A DNA stretch of 64,000 nt. It comes from Macrostomum lignano. Lineage: Eukaryota. The DNA lies in NCBI GenBank assembly GCA_002269645.1, contig NIVC01001650.1, forward strand, positions 1-64,000. The letters run 5' to 3'. This document shows positions 22,054 through 44,534 of this stretch, in pieces (position 1 is the first letter of the stretch; each line of letters opens with the position of its first letter). A program made the position numbers and the translations under genes. Below the pieces are notes generated by a model, which was not told the DNA's origin, did no database searches, and saw nothing but the letters and a program-made list of their open reading frames with translations.

Positions 22054-25000
22054 ATGACCGAGTACTGCATCAGCCGGCTGCTCAGCTCCCGCCAGCCCGC
22101 CTCAAGCGACTCAGCCAGGCAGCCGGCAGCCAAGCGGGCGCGACTGTCTCCCCAGCAACAGCCGGCTGGCCTCCCGGAGCCCCTGCTGTTGCGCGGCCTC
22201 GGCGACTCGTTGAAGCGTCAGCTGAGCAGCGACTTCAGCCAGATGATTGACAGCTTGGTGGCGAAACTGAGGGCCAGCGCCCAGCAGCAGCTGGAGAGGC
22301 TGATGCAGCACCAGCAGCAGCAGCATTTGGTTCCTGCTCTGCCGCTTCCATTCTTTCACCATCCTCAATTTGCCTGGCCCCTGATGCCGCTGCATCCGGC
22401 AACCGCGACGTTTCCCGCAGCTTCCGGCGGGGCCAAGGCGGCGGCTGATGAAGCATCGGAGTCGACCGCTCCCAGCTGCACCGGCGTGGAGAACTGGACC
22501 GGGCGGCGTAGAGCAAAGGTGGGCGGGTTGCTTTTGGAGAGGGTGGATTGCTTTTGGAGAGGGTGGATTGCTTTTGGAGAGGGCGGATTGCTTTTGGAGA
22601 GGGCAGATTGCTTTTGGAGAGGGTGGATTGCTTTTGGAGAGGGCAGATTGCTTTTGGAGAGGGCAGATTGCTTTTGGAGAGGGCGGATTGCTTTTGGAGA
22701 GGGCAGATTGCTTTTGGAGAGGGCGGATTGCTTTTGGAGAGGGCAGATTGCTTTTGGAGAGGGCGGATTGCTTTTGGAGAGGGCGGATTGCTTTTGGAGA
22801 GGGCGGATTGCTTTTGGAGAGGGCGGATTGCTTTTGGAGAGGGCGGATTGCTTTTGGAGAGGGCGGATTGCTTTTGGAGAGGGCGGATTGCTCTTGGAGA
22901 GGGCGGATTGCTTTGGAGAGGGCGGATTGGTCTTGGAGAGGGCGGATTGCTCTTGGAGAGGGCGGATTGCTTTTGGAGAGGGCGGATTCGTCAACAGAGA
23001 GGGGCGGATTCTCATTGGAGAGGAGCGGATTTCTCAATGGAGAGGGGCGGATTTATCAACAGGGGATTCCCCAACAGAAGGGGGGGCGGATTCCTCAGAA
23101 GGAGGGGTGGATTTCCCAGCAGCAGGAGAGGCGAATTCCCCAGCAGGAGGGGCGGATTTCCCAGCAGCAGGGGCGGATTCATCAGGAGGGGCGGATTTCC
23201 CAGCAGGAGGGCGGATTCCCAAGCAGGAGGGGCGGATTCCCCAGAAGGAGGGGCGGATTCCCTTAACAGTACCAAATCATCTCAATACAAACCGGAAACA
23301 ACAATGCCGCAGGTCGGGGCACTGGTCGAGGCCGACACTGGTCGAGGCCGCCGGCCCCTCCAACCAGAGGCGAACCCCGCGCCGGTCGGGGCGGATGGCC
23401 AGGGCGGATGCCCGGATGGCGGCAGCAGGGCCTCCACGCCATGTCAGCTTGCGGTGAGTCAGAGATGGTGAGGCGGTCGGTAATTGCTGGGCAAACAAGG
23501 GAACCGTTTGCCTTCCAGTTTGGGATTTTTTATTTATGATTTATGATTAGTGAATTACTTCTGTAAAGCAAATAAATGGCTTCCCACAGATTCCTTGCAC
23601 TCTTCCAGCACCCACTCTGATCTCCCAGCATCCCGCATTCACCCCAACCCAATTTGCCCTTCGCCTTCGCAGTGCGGCCGCGGAGACCCGGCCGGCCACC
23701 CGCTGTCCGCCGGCCACCTGCGCAAAGCCAAGCTGATCTTCTTCTACAGCCGCTACCCCAGCTCAGCCACACTGAAGTCCTGCTTCCCGGACGTTCGGTT
23801 TGACAAGAACAACACCGCCCAGGTGGTGAAGTGGTTCTCGAACTTTCGGTGAGTCAAGGGACATTGTCTATGACTGACTGACTGACTGACTGACTTGAGT
23901 GACTGGGTGACTGACTGACTGACTGACTGACTGACTGACTGACTGACTGACTGACTGACTGACTGACTTGAGTGACTGGGTGACTGACTGACTGACTGAC
24001 TGACTGACTGACTGACTGACTGACTGACTGACTGACTGACTGACTGACTGACTGACTGACTGACTGACTGACTGACTGACTGACTGACTGACTGACTGAC
24101 TGACTGACTGACTGACTGACTGACTGACTTGAGTGAGTGGGTGACTGACTGACTGACTGACTGACTGACTGACTGACTGACTGACTGACTGACTGACTGA
24201 CTGACTGACTGACTGACTGACTGACTGACTGACTGACTGACTGACTGACTGACTTGAGTGAGTGGGTGACTGACTGACTGACTGACTGACTGACTGACTG
24301 ACTGACTGACTGACTGACTGACTGACTGACTGACTGACTGACTGACTGACTGACTGACTGACTGACTGACTGACTGACTGACTGACTGACTGACTGACTG
24401 ACTGACTGACTGACTGACTGACTGACTGACTGACTGACTGACTGACTGACTGACTGACTGACTGACTGACTGACTGACTGACTGACTGACTGACTGACTG
24501 ACTGACTGACTTGAAATCTCGCTTGAATTTGCTCAGGAGTGAGCGGATTGGGCAGAGTTGCCTCACCCCTGCAATTATTATTATTAGTAATTAATTAACT
24601 AACTAAATCATATGCATATAAGGTTCAATGAAATTCTGAACTGCAATAATTTAGGGCCAATAAATTTCGATGCTTATTGCCGCTGGTGTCTGCAATATCC
24701 GGGTTATTGCAATTTTCCACTCATTTTTTCATTCAGCGAGTTTTTCTACATCCAAGTGGAGAAGCTCGCCCGGGAGCGCCTGGCCACCGGCGAGGGCCTT
24801 CAGGTGAGCAGCGGCGATGAACTCATGCTGGCTCTGTGCGCCCACTTCAACAAGTCTGACCGACTGCAGGTGAGAGCAATCAGGTTACTGGGGTATTAAA
24901 TACCTGTTAGCATGGGTCACTGCATGCGATGTTCTCTATAGGTGTCCTTCACTCTCACTCTCTGTTCACAATCATCTGTAGCGATCATTCACAGTCCTCT

Positions 25001-25765
25001 CACACTCACTGTTCACAATCATCTGTAGGGATCATTCACAGTCCTCTCTCACTCACTGTTCACAATCATCTGTAGGGATCATTCACAGTCCTCTCACACT
25101 CACTGTTCACAATCATCTGTAGGGATCATTCACACCCTCTCTCACTCACTGTTCACAATCATCTGTAGGGATCATTCACAGTCCTCTCACACTCACTGTT
25201 CACAGTCATCTGTATGGATCATTCACACCCTCTCACACTCACTGTTCACAATCATCTGTAGGGATCATTCACAGTCTCTCTCACTCACTGTTCACAATCA
25301 TCTGTAGGGATCATTCACACCCTCTCACACTCACTGTTCACAGTCATCTGTAGAGATCATTCACACCCTCTCTCACTCACTGTTCACAGTCATCTGTAAG
25401 GATCATTCACACCCTCTCTCACTCACTGTTCACAATCATCTGTAGGGATCATTCACAGTCTCTCTCACTCACTGTTCACAGTCATCTGTAGGGATCATTC
25501 ACACCCTCTCACACTCACTGTTCACAATCATCTGTAGGGATCATTCACACCCTTTCACACCATCTATCTTCCCTCACAGGTTCCATCCCACTTTCTGGCC
25601 GTCGTGCAAGCAGCTCTGATGGAGTTTTACCAAGCTCTGTCGGTCAGCCGAGATCAGCAGCCGGCCTGGAAGAAGCCCATCTATAGAGCCATCGCCCGTC
25701 TGGACCAGCCCGTTCCTGATTGGCTGAGACGAGCCGACTGCTCTAGCCCGTTCCTGATTGGCTGA
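22054..25765 (+). CDS. PROX1: Prospero/PROX-family homeo-prospero domain transcription factor, ~366 aa, 5 exons
   Basis: Exons 22054-22518, 23313-23453, 23673-23848, 24737-24869, 25580-25765. Homeodomain [54 protein letters not shown]; Prospero domain [13 protein letters not shown]...[17 protein letters not shown]. An in-frame ATG at 21913 is an alternative start. Exon 1/2 boundaries are less certain than the HPD exons. Symbol denotes the family, not a specific paralogue. Confidence 0.88.
22520..23260. repeat. 20-bp minisatellite (GAGGGCGGATTGCTTTTGGA) decaying 3', PROX intron 1
   Basis: Exact 20-bp period at 22801-22860; starts at the donor. Confidence 0.95.
23872..24510. repeat. (GACT)n microsatellite, PROX intron 3
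   Basis: Near-perfect tract with a few repeated interruptions. Confidence 0.98.
24950..25560. repeat. ~46-bp minisatellite, PROX intron 4
   Basis: CACTCACTGTTCACAATCATCTGTAGGGATCATTCACA units. Confidence 0.95.
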
Positions 25766-25807
25766 GACAAACCGACTGCTCTAGCCCGTTCCTGATTGGC
25801 TGAGACG
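25707..25807 (+). repeat. 38-bp tandem repeat (~2.6 copies) spanning the PROX stop codon
   Basis: AGCCCGTTCCTGATTGGCTGAGAC at 25707, 25745, 25783. Confidence 0.92.
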
Positions 25808-26059
25808 CGATAGATATTATAATCTTCATTTTTCGCATCATTTTATTTATTTCATTTTAATGCTGCAAAATAAAAATTCCAATTGACTACTGACTTTCCA
25901 AAAGTAGTATGTTTTGTGTGATTGAACAGGTGACAGGCGCACCAGTGCATTCCCTTGAGACATCTTTAGTGTTTTTTTTTAATAAAAGAAAAAACTGCAT
26001 GCAGGTTATTGCAACTTTGCTCCCTCCGAGCTCTGGCCTTGTGGTGCCTCTACATGTAG

Positions 26060-26580
26060 CTTTTGATTTGTGGCGCCCCTACTTGTTGATTTGTGGCGCT
26101 CCTAGCTGTTGATTTGTGGCGCGCCTAGCTGTTGATTTGTGGCGCCCCTAGTTCTTGATTCGTGGGCCATTAGTTCTTGATTCGTGGGCCATTAGTTCTT
26201 GATTTGTGGCGCCCTTAGTTCTTGATTTGTGGCGCCCTTAGTTCTTGATTTGTGGGCCCTTAGTTCTTGATTTGTGGCGCCCTTAGTTCTTGATTTGTGG
26301 GCCCTTAGTTCTTGATTTGTGGCGCCCTTAGTTCTTGATTTGTGGCGCCCTTAGTTCTTGATTTGTGGGCCCTTAGTTCTTGATTTGTGGCGCCCTTAGT
26401 TCTTGATTTGTGGGCCCTTAGTTCTTGATTTGTGGCGCCCTTAGTTCTTGATTTGTGGCGCCCTTAGTTCTTGATTTGTGGCGCCCTTAGTTCTTGATTT
26501 GTGGCGCCCTTAGTTCTTGATTCGTGGGCCCTTAGTTCTTGATTTGTGGCGCCCTTAGTTCTTGATTCGTGGCTCCCCTA
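26060..26580. repeat. 22-23-bp minisatellite (TTTGTGGCGCCCTTAGTTCTTGA)
   Basis: Tandem copies visible. Confidence 0.95.
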
Positions 26581-26749
26581 CATGTAGCACTCTGGAATGA
26601 AAGTCTGCAAGCATAAATGCGTATACTCAGCAACAGTCAAAAGTTCCACCCTCCAAGCGAGATGAGTTTTTTTTTCACTTATTGCGAGTGACGCAACTTA
26701 CGGCACGCGCAAAGCTTATTCCACTTGGGGGCGGCTTGGGTCTGCTTAA

Positions 26750-27050
26750 TGGTCCAAGATGACAACGCGCCGCCACACCAAGCCGATGCTGTGAGTCAAC
26801 TGAAAGAGCAGCTACAGCTGCGCACTCTGCGCTGGCCTTCCAGGTCCCCCAGACATGAATCCCATCGAGCATGTCTGGGACTTCCTAAAACGCAGCATTC
26901 GAAAAGAAAATCCACCACAGAATGCAATGTATTTATAATCAGCAACATTGAAAAGTCGCCCACCGGCGTAGCTAATTTGCGTCACTCGCAAAGATTGAGA
27001 GACTTCACCTGCACTCTCAAAAGTGGCGACCACAGACGGAATCTTCTGTG
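26750..27050 (+). mobile_element. Tc1/mariner-family DDE transposase remnant (frameshifted)
   Basis: VQDDNAPPH...WPSRSP then, after a +1 shift in the C-run near 26846-26850, DMNPIEHVWDFLKRSI = the Tc1 QDNAPxH / WPxxSPDLNPIEHxW motifs; downstream stops. Confidence 0.85.
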
Positions 27051-27071
27051 ATGGCGACTTTCGATGTTGCT

Positions 27072-27932
27072 GAGTATGCATGTAAGTATGTGAGTATACA
27101 CATACGCTTGCATACACATACGCTTACATACACATACGCTTACATACACATACGCTTACATACACATACGCTTACATACATATACGCTTACATACATATA
27201 CGCTTACATACACATACGCTTACATACATATACGCTTACATACACATACGCTTACATACACATACGCTTACATACATATACGCTTACATACATATACGCT
27301 TACATACACATACGCTTACATACACATACGCTTACATACACATACGCTTGCATACACATACGCTTACATACATATACGCTTACATACATATACGCTTACA
27401 TACACATACGCTTACATACACATACGCTTACATACACATACGCTTACATACACATACGCTTACATACATATACGCTTACATACACATACGCTTACATACA
27501 TATACGCTTACATACACATACGCTTACATACACATACGCTTACATACACATACGCTTACATACATATACGCTTACATACACATACGCTTACATACACATA
27601 CGCTTACATACACATACGCTTACATACACATACGCTTACATACACATACGCTTGCATACACATACGCTTACATACACATACGTTTACATACACATACGCT
27701 TACATACACATACGCTTACATACACATACGCTTACATACACATACGCTTACATACACATACGCTTACATACACATACGCTTACATACACATACGCTTACA
27801 TACACATACGCTTACACATACGCTTACATACACATACGCTTACATACACATACGCTTACATACACATACGCTTGCATACACATACGCTTACATACACATA
27901 CGCTTACATACACATACGCTTGCATACACATA
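27072..27932. repeat. 16-bp minisatellite (CATACACATACGCTTA)
   Basis: ~53 copies. Confidence 0.97.
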
Positions 27933-28549
27933 CGCCCGTTCAGACGGAGTCAAGTTCAGACGCGCAACTGCAATGCAAAATTCACACACGCATCTATTTC
28001 AGCTTGTCAAAACTGATTGAATGAAAATTCTGACAACCCTTTGCCTGTAATTGGCGCAGTAATTTTGAGTACAGCATAACGTCATTGTGGAGTTGGGGGC
28101 AGAAGGTGTGCACTGTGCACTTCGTGCACACTGACTCAGGGGTCAGCACCAGACTGGGCTTCCAGCACAATGGACAATTGCAAGGGCAGCTGTGTGCCTA
28201 CTATTTGTTCGAATTCCACTATAGCGCACGACGCATTGTTGCTGTGGACCGCGCGACAGCCAATGGAAGGAAACACGGGGCAGAGAGAGAGAGAGGCAGA
28301 AGGTGGGAGAGGGCGGCATTTTGATTAAGATTGCCCGACTGCGAGCTTGCGCAGCGTATAGTGATTCTTAATACTGGTATATGCATGCGTACCTTGTGTA
28401 AAACAGCATAGTGAGGCATTCGTCCTGATTTGGTAGCCAGGGCGGATGTCTGCTATCTCAATACATTCGATCGGTCCGCTCGGCTCTGCTGGCGGACATT
28501 CAGTTCTCATTCAGCTTCTGGCCTTGCCAATGGTGAGGAAATTTGGATT

Positions 28550-29582
28550 TATCTATCCTGTTCTATCCAATCCTATCCTTTCCTATCCTATTCTATTCTA
28601 TCCCATTCTATCCTATCCTATCCTATCCTATCCTATCCTATCCCATTCTATCCTATCCTATCCTATCCTATCCTATTCTACCATATCCTATCCTATCCTA
28701 TCCTATTCTATCCTATTCTATCCTATCCTATCATATTCTATCCTATCCTATCCTATCCTATCCTATCCTATTCTATCCTATCCTATCCTATTCTACCCTA
28801 TCCTATCCTATTCTACCCTATCCTATCCCATCCTATCTTATCCTATCCTATCCTATTCTACCCTATCCTATCCTATTCTACCGTATCCTATCCTATCCTA
28901 TTCTACCCTATCCTATCCTATTCTACCGTATCCTATCCTATCCTATTCTACCCTATCCTATCCTATCCTATCCTATCCTATCCTATTCTATCCTATTCTA
29001 TCCTATTCTATCCTATCCTATCATATTCTATCCTATCCTATCCCATCCTATCCTATCCTATCCTATCCTATCCTATCCCATCCTATCTTGTCCTATTCTA
29101 TCCTATCTTATCCTATCCTATCCTATCCTATCCTATCCTATTCTATTCTATCCTATATTATCCTATTCTATCCTATTCTATGCTATTCTATCCTATTCTA
29201 TGCTATTCTATCCTATTCTATCCTATTCTATCCTATCCTATCCTATCCTGTCCTATCCTATCCTATCCTATTCTATCCTATCCTATTTTACCCTATTCTA
29301 TCCTTTTCTATCCTATCCTATTCTATCCCATCCTATCTTATCCTATTCTATCCTATCCAATCCTATCCTATTCTATCCTATCCTATCATATTCTATCCTA
29401 TCCTATCCTATCCCATCCTATTCTACCCCATCCTATCCTATTCCACCCTATCCTATTCTATCCTATCCTATCCAATCCTATCCTATTCTATCCTATCCTA
29501 TCCTATCCTGTCCTATTCTAACCTATCCTATCCTATTCTATCCTATCCTATCCTATCCTTGCCTATCCTATCCTATCCTACT
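28550..29582. repeat. (CTATC/CTATT)n pentanucleotide satellite
   Basis: ~1 kb tract. Confidence 0.97.
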
Positions 29583-30200
29583 TGCCTAGCCTAAGTACAC
29601 ATCGCATGACGTTCCGTTCTAAAGTTCACGCCAATCCTGCATGCGCAATGGCCGCACACAGAATTGCCAACCGAAAAGCAAACAAAAAGGTTTTTATACA
29701 GCTCGGAACTTCTTGAGCTTACCTAAAGAAGTGCTCCGAAATCAGACTGGGTGACTGCAGAGCACTAACTAGCATTGGACAATGGAGAGGTGTTCAGCGA
29801 CCTGAGCACGCATTGCCTGTACTCAGGCTGCACGTACAGCCTCTGCAGGCATTGGACACATCCACAGAATTGGGAGCTGAGAGCCTCCTGCTGCCAGCAA
29901 AGCTCTCCTCTCTCTTCTCCCAGTCTGTCTGCTTTCAGAGGAAAAAGCAGATATCGCGGCAGATTTGAATGGCGGGAGTGCGGGAGACTAGGTGAGGTGG
30001 AGGGAACTGCCTGCATTGTTGTTGCTGCCAGCCCCACGCCATACTGGGGTTCAATTGTGTTTCTGCCCACCTCAAGCTTACTAATAATGAATGCCTGTCA
30101 GCAAGCACTACTGCCCCGAGTTGAGAGAGACAGCAGGCCAGCGCGACTCGGCAGTTAAAATCTGCTTATCTCAGCTACCCTAGCAATCAGCATGTAAGTG

Positions 30201-30202
<2 letters not shown>

Positions 30203-30254
<52 letters not shown>
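30203..30254. repeat. (GA)n microsatellite
   Basis: Perfect tract. Confidence 0.97.
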
Positions 30255-30257
<3 letters not shown>

Positions 30258-30589
30258 GCCAGCTAGCACATGCTCTCGATAGAGTCCGAGTGAAATTACG
30301 AGCGTTATTTAGCGCACACCGCAACTGCTGTGCCAATATTGCCACGGTGCCTCAATTCAAGGTAGAGATACTCCCCTGGGTGATTGTTGCATGCACTTTA
30401 TGCTATCATTTCGCTGCCAGCATTGTCTATGGCAATTCTCCCCTGCATCTTTGTATTTTTCGTAATAAAGAGTAGCAGAGCTATTGAGCAAAATTGAGAA
30501 TATGAAGCACGCCGCATGCACAAAGCTGGCAATGTTGCGCAAGTGAATAAGGGACTTCCTTTACCGAAGGCACAGCAGGTAAGATTGAG

Positions 30590-31800
30590 GTAAGAGATTC
30601 TCAAGGTCAATAGATTCCCCTGAGTGAGATTCTCTAGGTTGATAGATTCCCCTGAGTGAGATTCTCAAGGTGAAGGGATTTCCCTGGGTGATATTCTCAA
30701 GGTCAATAGATTCCCCTGAGTGAGATTCTCAAGGTGAAGGAATTTCCCTGGGTGAGATTCTCAAGCCCAAGGTGAAGGGATTTACCTAGGTGAGATTCCC
30801 AAGGTAAAGAGATTGATCCCCTGGGTGAGATTCTCCAGGTCGATAGATTCCCCTAGGTCAGATTCTCAAGGTGAAGAGATTCCTCAAGGGTGAGATTCTC
30901 CAGGTTGATAGATTCCCCTAGGTGAGATTCTTAAGGTCAAGGGATTCCCCTGGATGAGATTCTCAAGGTGAAGAGATTCCCCTGAGTGAGATTCTCCAGG
31001 TCGATAGATTCCCCTAGGTCAGATTCTCAAGGTGAAGAGATTCCTCAAGGGTGAGATTCTCCAGGTTGATAGATTCCCCTAGGTGAGATTCTTAAGGTCA
31101 AGGGATTCCCCTGGATGAGATTCTCAAGGTGAAGAGATTCCCCTGAGTGAGATTCTCCAGGTCGATAGATTCCCCTAGGTCAGATTCTCAAGGTGAAGAG
31201 ATTCCTCAAGGGTGAGATTCTCCAGGTTGATAGATTCCCCTAGGTGAGATTCTTAAGGTCAAGGGATTCCCCTGGATGAGATTCTCAAGGTGAAGAGATT
31301 CCCCTGAGTGAGATTCTCCAGGTCGATAGATTCCCCTAGGTGAGATTCTCAAGGTGAAGAGATTCCCCTGGGTGAGGTTTTCAAGGTGAAGAGATTCCCC
31401 TGGGTGAGATTCTCCAGTTCGATAGATTCCCCTAGGTGAGATTCCCAAGATGAAGAGGTTCCCCTGGGTGAGATTCTCAAGGTGAAGAGATTCCCCTTGG
31501 GTGAGATTCTCCAGTTCGAAAGATTCCCCTAGGTGAGATTCTCAAGGTGAAGAGATTCCTCTGGGTGAGATTCTCCAGGTTGATAGATTCCCCTAGGTGA
31601 GATTCTTAATGTGAAGAGAATCCCCTGGTGATATTCTCAAGGTGAAGGGATTCCCCTGGGTGAGATTCTCAAGGTCGATAGATTCCCCTAGGTGAGATTC
31701 TCAAGGTCGATAGATTCCCCTGGGTGATATTCTCCAGTTCGATAGATTCCCCTAGGTGAGATTCCCAAGATGAAGGGATTCCCCTGTGTGAGATTCTAAA
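30590..31800. repeat. 32-bp minisatellite (GAGATTCTCAAGGTGAAGAGATTCCCCTGGGT) with higher-order repetition
   Basis: Period 32 (31342 to 31374); variant units recur in order at 30830-31340. Confidence 0.95.
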
Positions 31801-32414
31801 CTAGAGAGATTTCCCTTGATGAGATTCTTAGAAATGATACTTTGGCTTTGTATTCTCATGAGATTCTTAAGAAAGATTCCTTTGGATTCGACTCTTAGGA
31901 GGGGAAATTCTCCCATATGAGATTGCCAAGGTGCTGAGAATGCTGTATGGTCACTACCCGAGTGGAAATGGCTTGGAACTGGGTTTTTTGCGAGTCAATG
32001 GGTTAGCCCGTGAAGATTAGCTAGTGCAGTCAGCGACCGAGGCCGGGGTCGCAGGGCTGTACATAAAAGTCAACAGACACGGGAAGTCACTCCGGCTCCG
32101 TTATTTTACTGAGAGGTTTGTGTCTTGGGCGTTGGTGCTCAGTTTTTCTTTCAGTCTCTCCTTGGAAACAAATAATACTGAGTGCTAGGCAGTGGAAGTT
32201 AATCTACACGTTCATTGGCATTGCAAATACGCTTTGCCGTTATATTACGAGTCCCAGAGGAAGTCACGTGCTTTACTTAAAGTCATAAGGAAGCTCACGA
32301 TTTTTATTTATCAAAGCTCATATATTTAACCCAGCTTTTTTGTCTTGAAAACTGAGTGTTAAAATTTATTTGTGACGCTGTCTTGCGTTCGTAATTTGAA
32401 AGCCAGTTAAGCCA

Positions 32415-32760
32415 GGAGCTTGAAGTCACGTGAATTTCTCAAGGTCATGTATTCAATCTGATGCTTGAAGTCACGTGAATTTCTCAAGGTCATTTATTCA
32501 ATCGGACGCTTGAAGTCACGTGAATTTCTCAAGGTCATGTACATTCAATCTGACGCTTGAAGTCACATGAATTTCTCAAGGTCATGCATTCAATCTGACG
32601 CTTACGAGCGTATAATCACGTGAATTTCTCAAGGTCGTGTATTCAATCTGACGCTTAAAGTCACGTGAATTTCTCAAGGTCATGTATTCAATCGGACGCT
32701 TGAAGTCACGTGAATTGATCAAGGTCGTGCATTCGATCTGACGCTTGAAGTCACGTGACT
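32415..32760 (+). promoter_or_regulatory. 45-bp minisatellite, 8 copies, each carrying a CLEAR-like E-box, most with a TCAAGGTCA half-site
   Basis: GTCACGTGA at 32425, 32470, 32515, 32660, 32705; GTCACATGA at 32562; ATCACGTGA at 32615; perfect GTCACGTGAC at 32750. Lies ~100 bp before the hexosaminidase ATG. The repeat is certain; regulatory function is inferred. Confidence 0.65.
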
Positions 32761-32861
32761 ACAGAAAGTTGACGATTTTAGAAGATTCTTGTTAAACCTA
32801 TCGCCGTAAGTTTCTTTTAATTTCAGAAATTCCTCGCGGACCATAAAAGGCACCTCTAGCG

Positions 32862-43785
<10,924 letters not shown>

Positions 43786-44040
43786 GAGGGTTGTAGCCCA
43801 GTGGTGAGAGCGTCGAACTCACGACTGAAAGGTCGGGGGTTCGATTCCCGGTCCCACTGGAACAATTTGTGTCCTTGAGCAAGACACTTAACTCTGCATT
43901 GCTTCAGTTCACCCAGCTGTAAAATGGGTGCCAGCATTAGCTGGGGTCATTGAGGGTGTGTGGCGACCCCCCCCCCAAGGCCGTACGCAGCCTTCAGACG
44001 CGCCGCGCAATGGCTGCGGCTGAGCTGTCGGTTGTATATC
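43786..44040 (+). mobile_element. tRNA-derived CORE-type SINE, copy 1
   Basis: Pol III A box TAGCCCAGTGG (43794) and B box GGTTCGATTCC (43838), followed by TGTGTCCTTGAGCAAGACACTTAACTCTG...CTTCAGTT...CTGTAAAATGGG, resembling the MIR CORE domain. 3' end approximate. Confidence 0.8.
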
Positions 44041-44400
44041 TGGGCATTAGGGCAGGTGTAATCAATAATTATATTACAATCATCGATATATATACTCGTA
44101 GACCGATATTTGACCAATTAAAAGCTCTTAGCTTGATGTTGAACAATTAAATACGCTGCCTCAATAATGTTCACTGATTTGCAGCAGTCCTTAGCATGAC
44201 TAATTAAACATTTACGCCTGTCATCGTATATCTGTACCCGTCTAATCTGTTCTATTAGAGTATTCTCTAATGTAATTAATAGTCCTTGTTAATTACTATT
44301 CACTCGCTCGGAGATTGGGGGTCTTCATTCTTTTATCACAAAGTTTAGAACATCTGTTCATAGCACGCTGAACAAATGCTCATCTTTTGATCTTTTTTCC

Positions 44401-44534
44401 TACTGAACTGAAGCAGTGCAGAGTTAAGCATCTTGCTCAAGGACACATTGTTCCCAGTGGATCGAGATTCGAGAATCGAACCCTCGACCTTCCAGTCGTG
44501 GGTCCAACGCTCTAACCACTAAGCTGCAATCCCT
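44401..44534 (-). mobile_element. tRNA-derived CORE-type SINE, copy 2 (3'-truncated, inverted relative to copy 1)
   Basis: Reverse complement reads AGGGATTGCAGCTTAGTGGTTAGAGCG...GGTTCGATTCTC...TGTGTCCTTGAGCAAGATGCTTAACTCTGCACTGCTTCAGTTC; aligns by eye to copy 1 over head and CORE. Confidence 0.8.

Noticed and set aside
27048-29594. Long ORFs (322-382 aa) rich in YTH or YPILS
   Set aside because: Translations of 16-bp and 5-bp satellites that lack stop codons; no coding signal.
43787-43860. tRNA gene
   Set aside because: A and B boxes are present but the acceptor stem does not pair (AGGGTTG versus TCCCACT) and a CORE domain follows; it is a SINE head.
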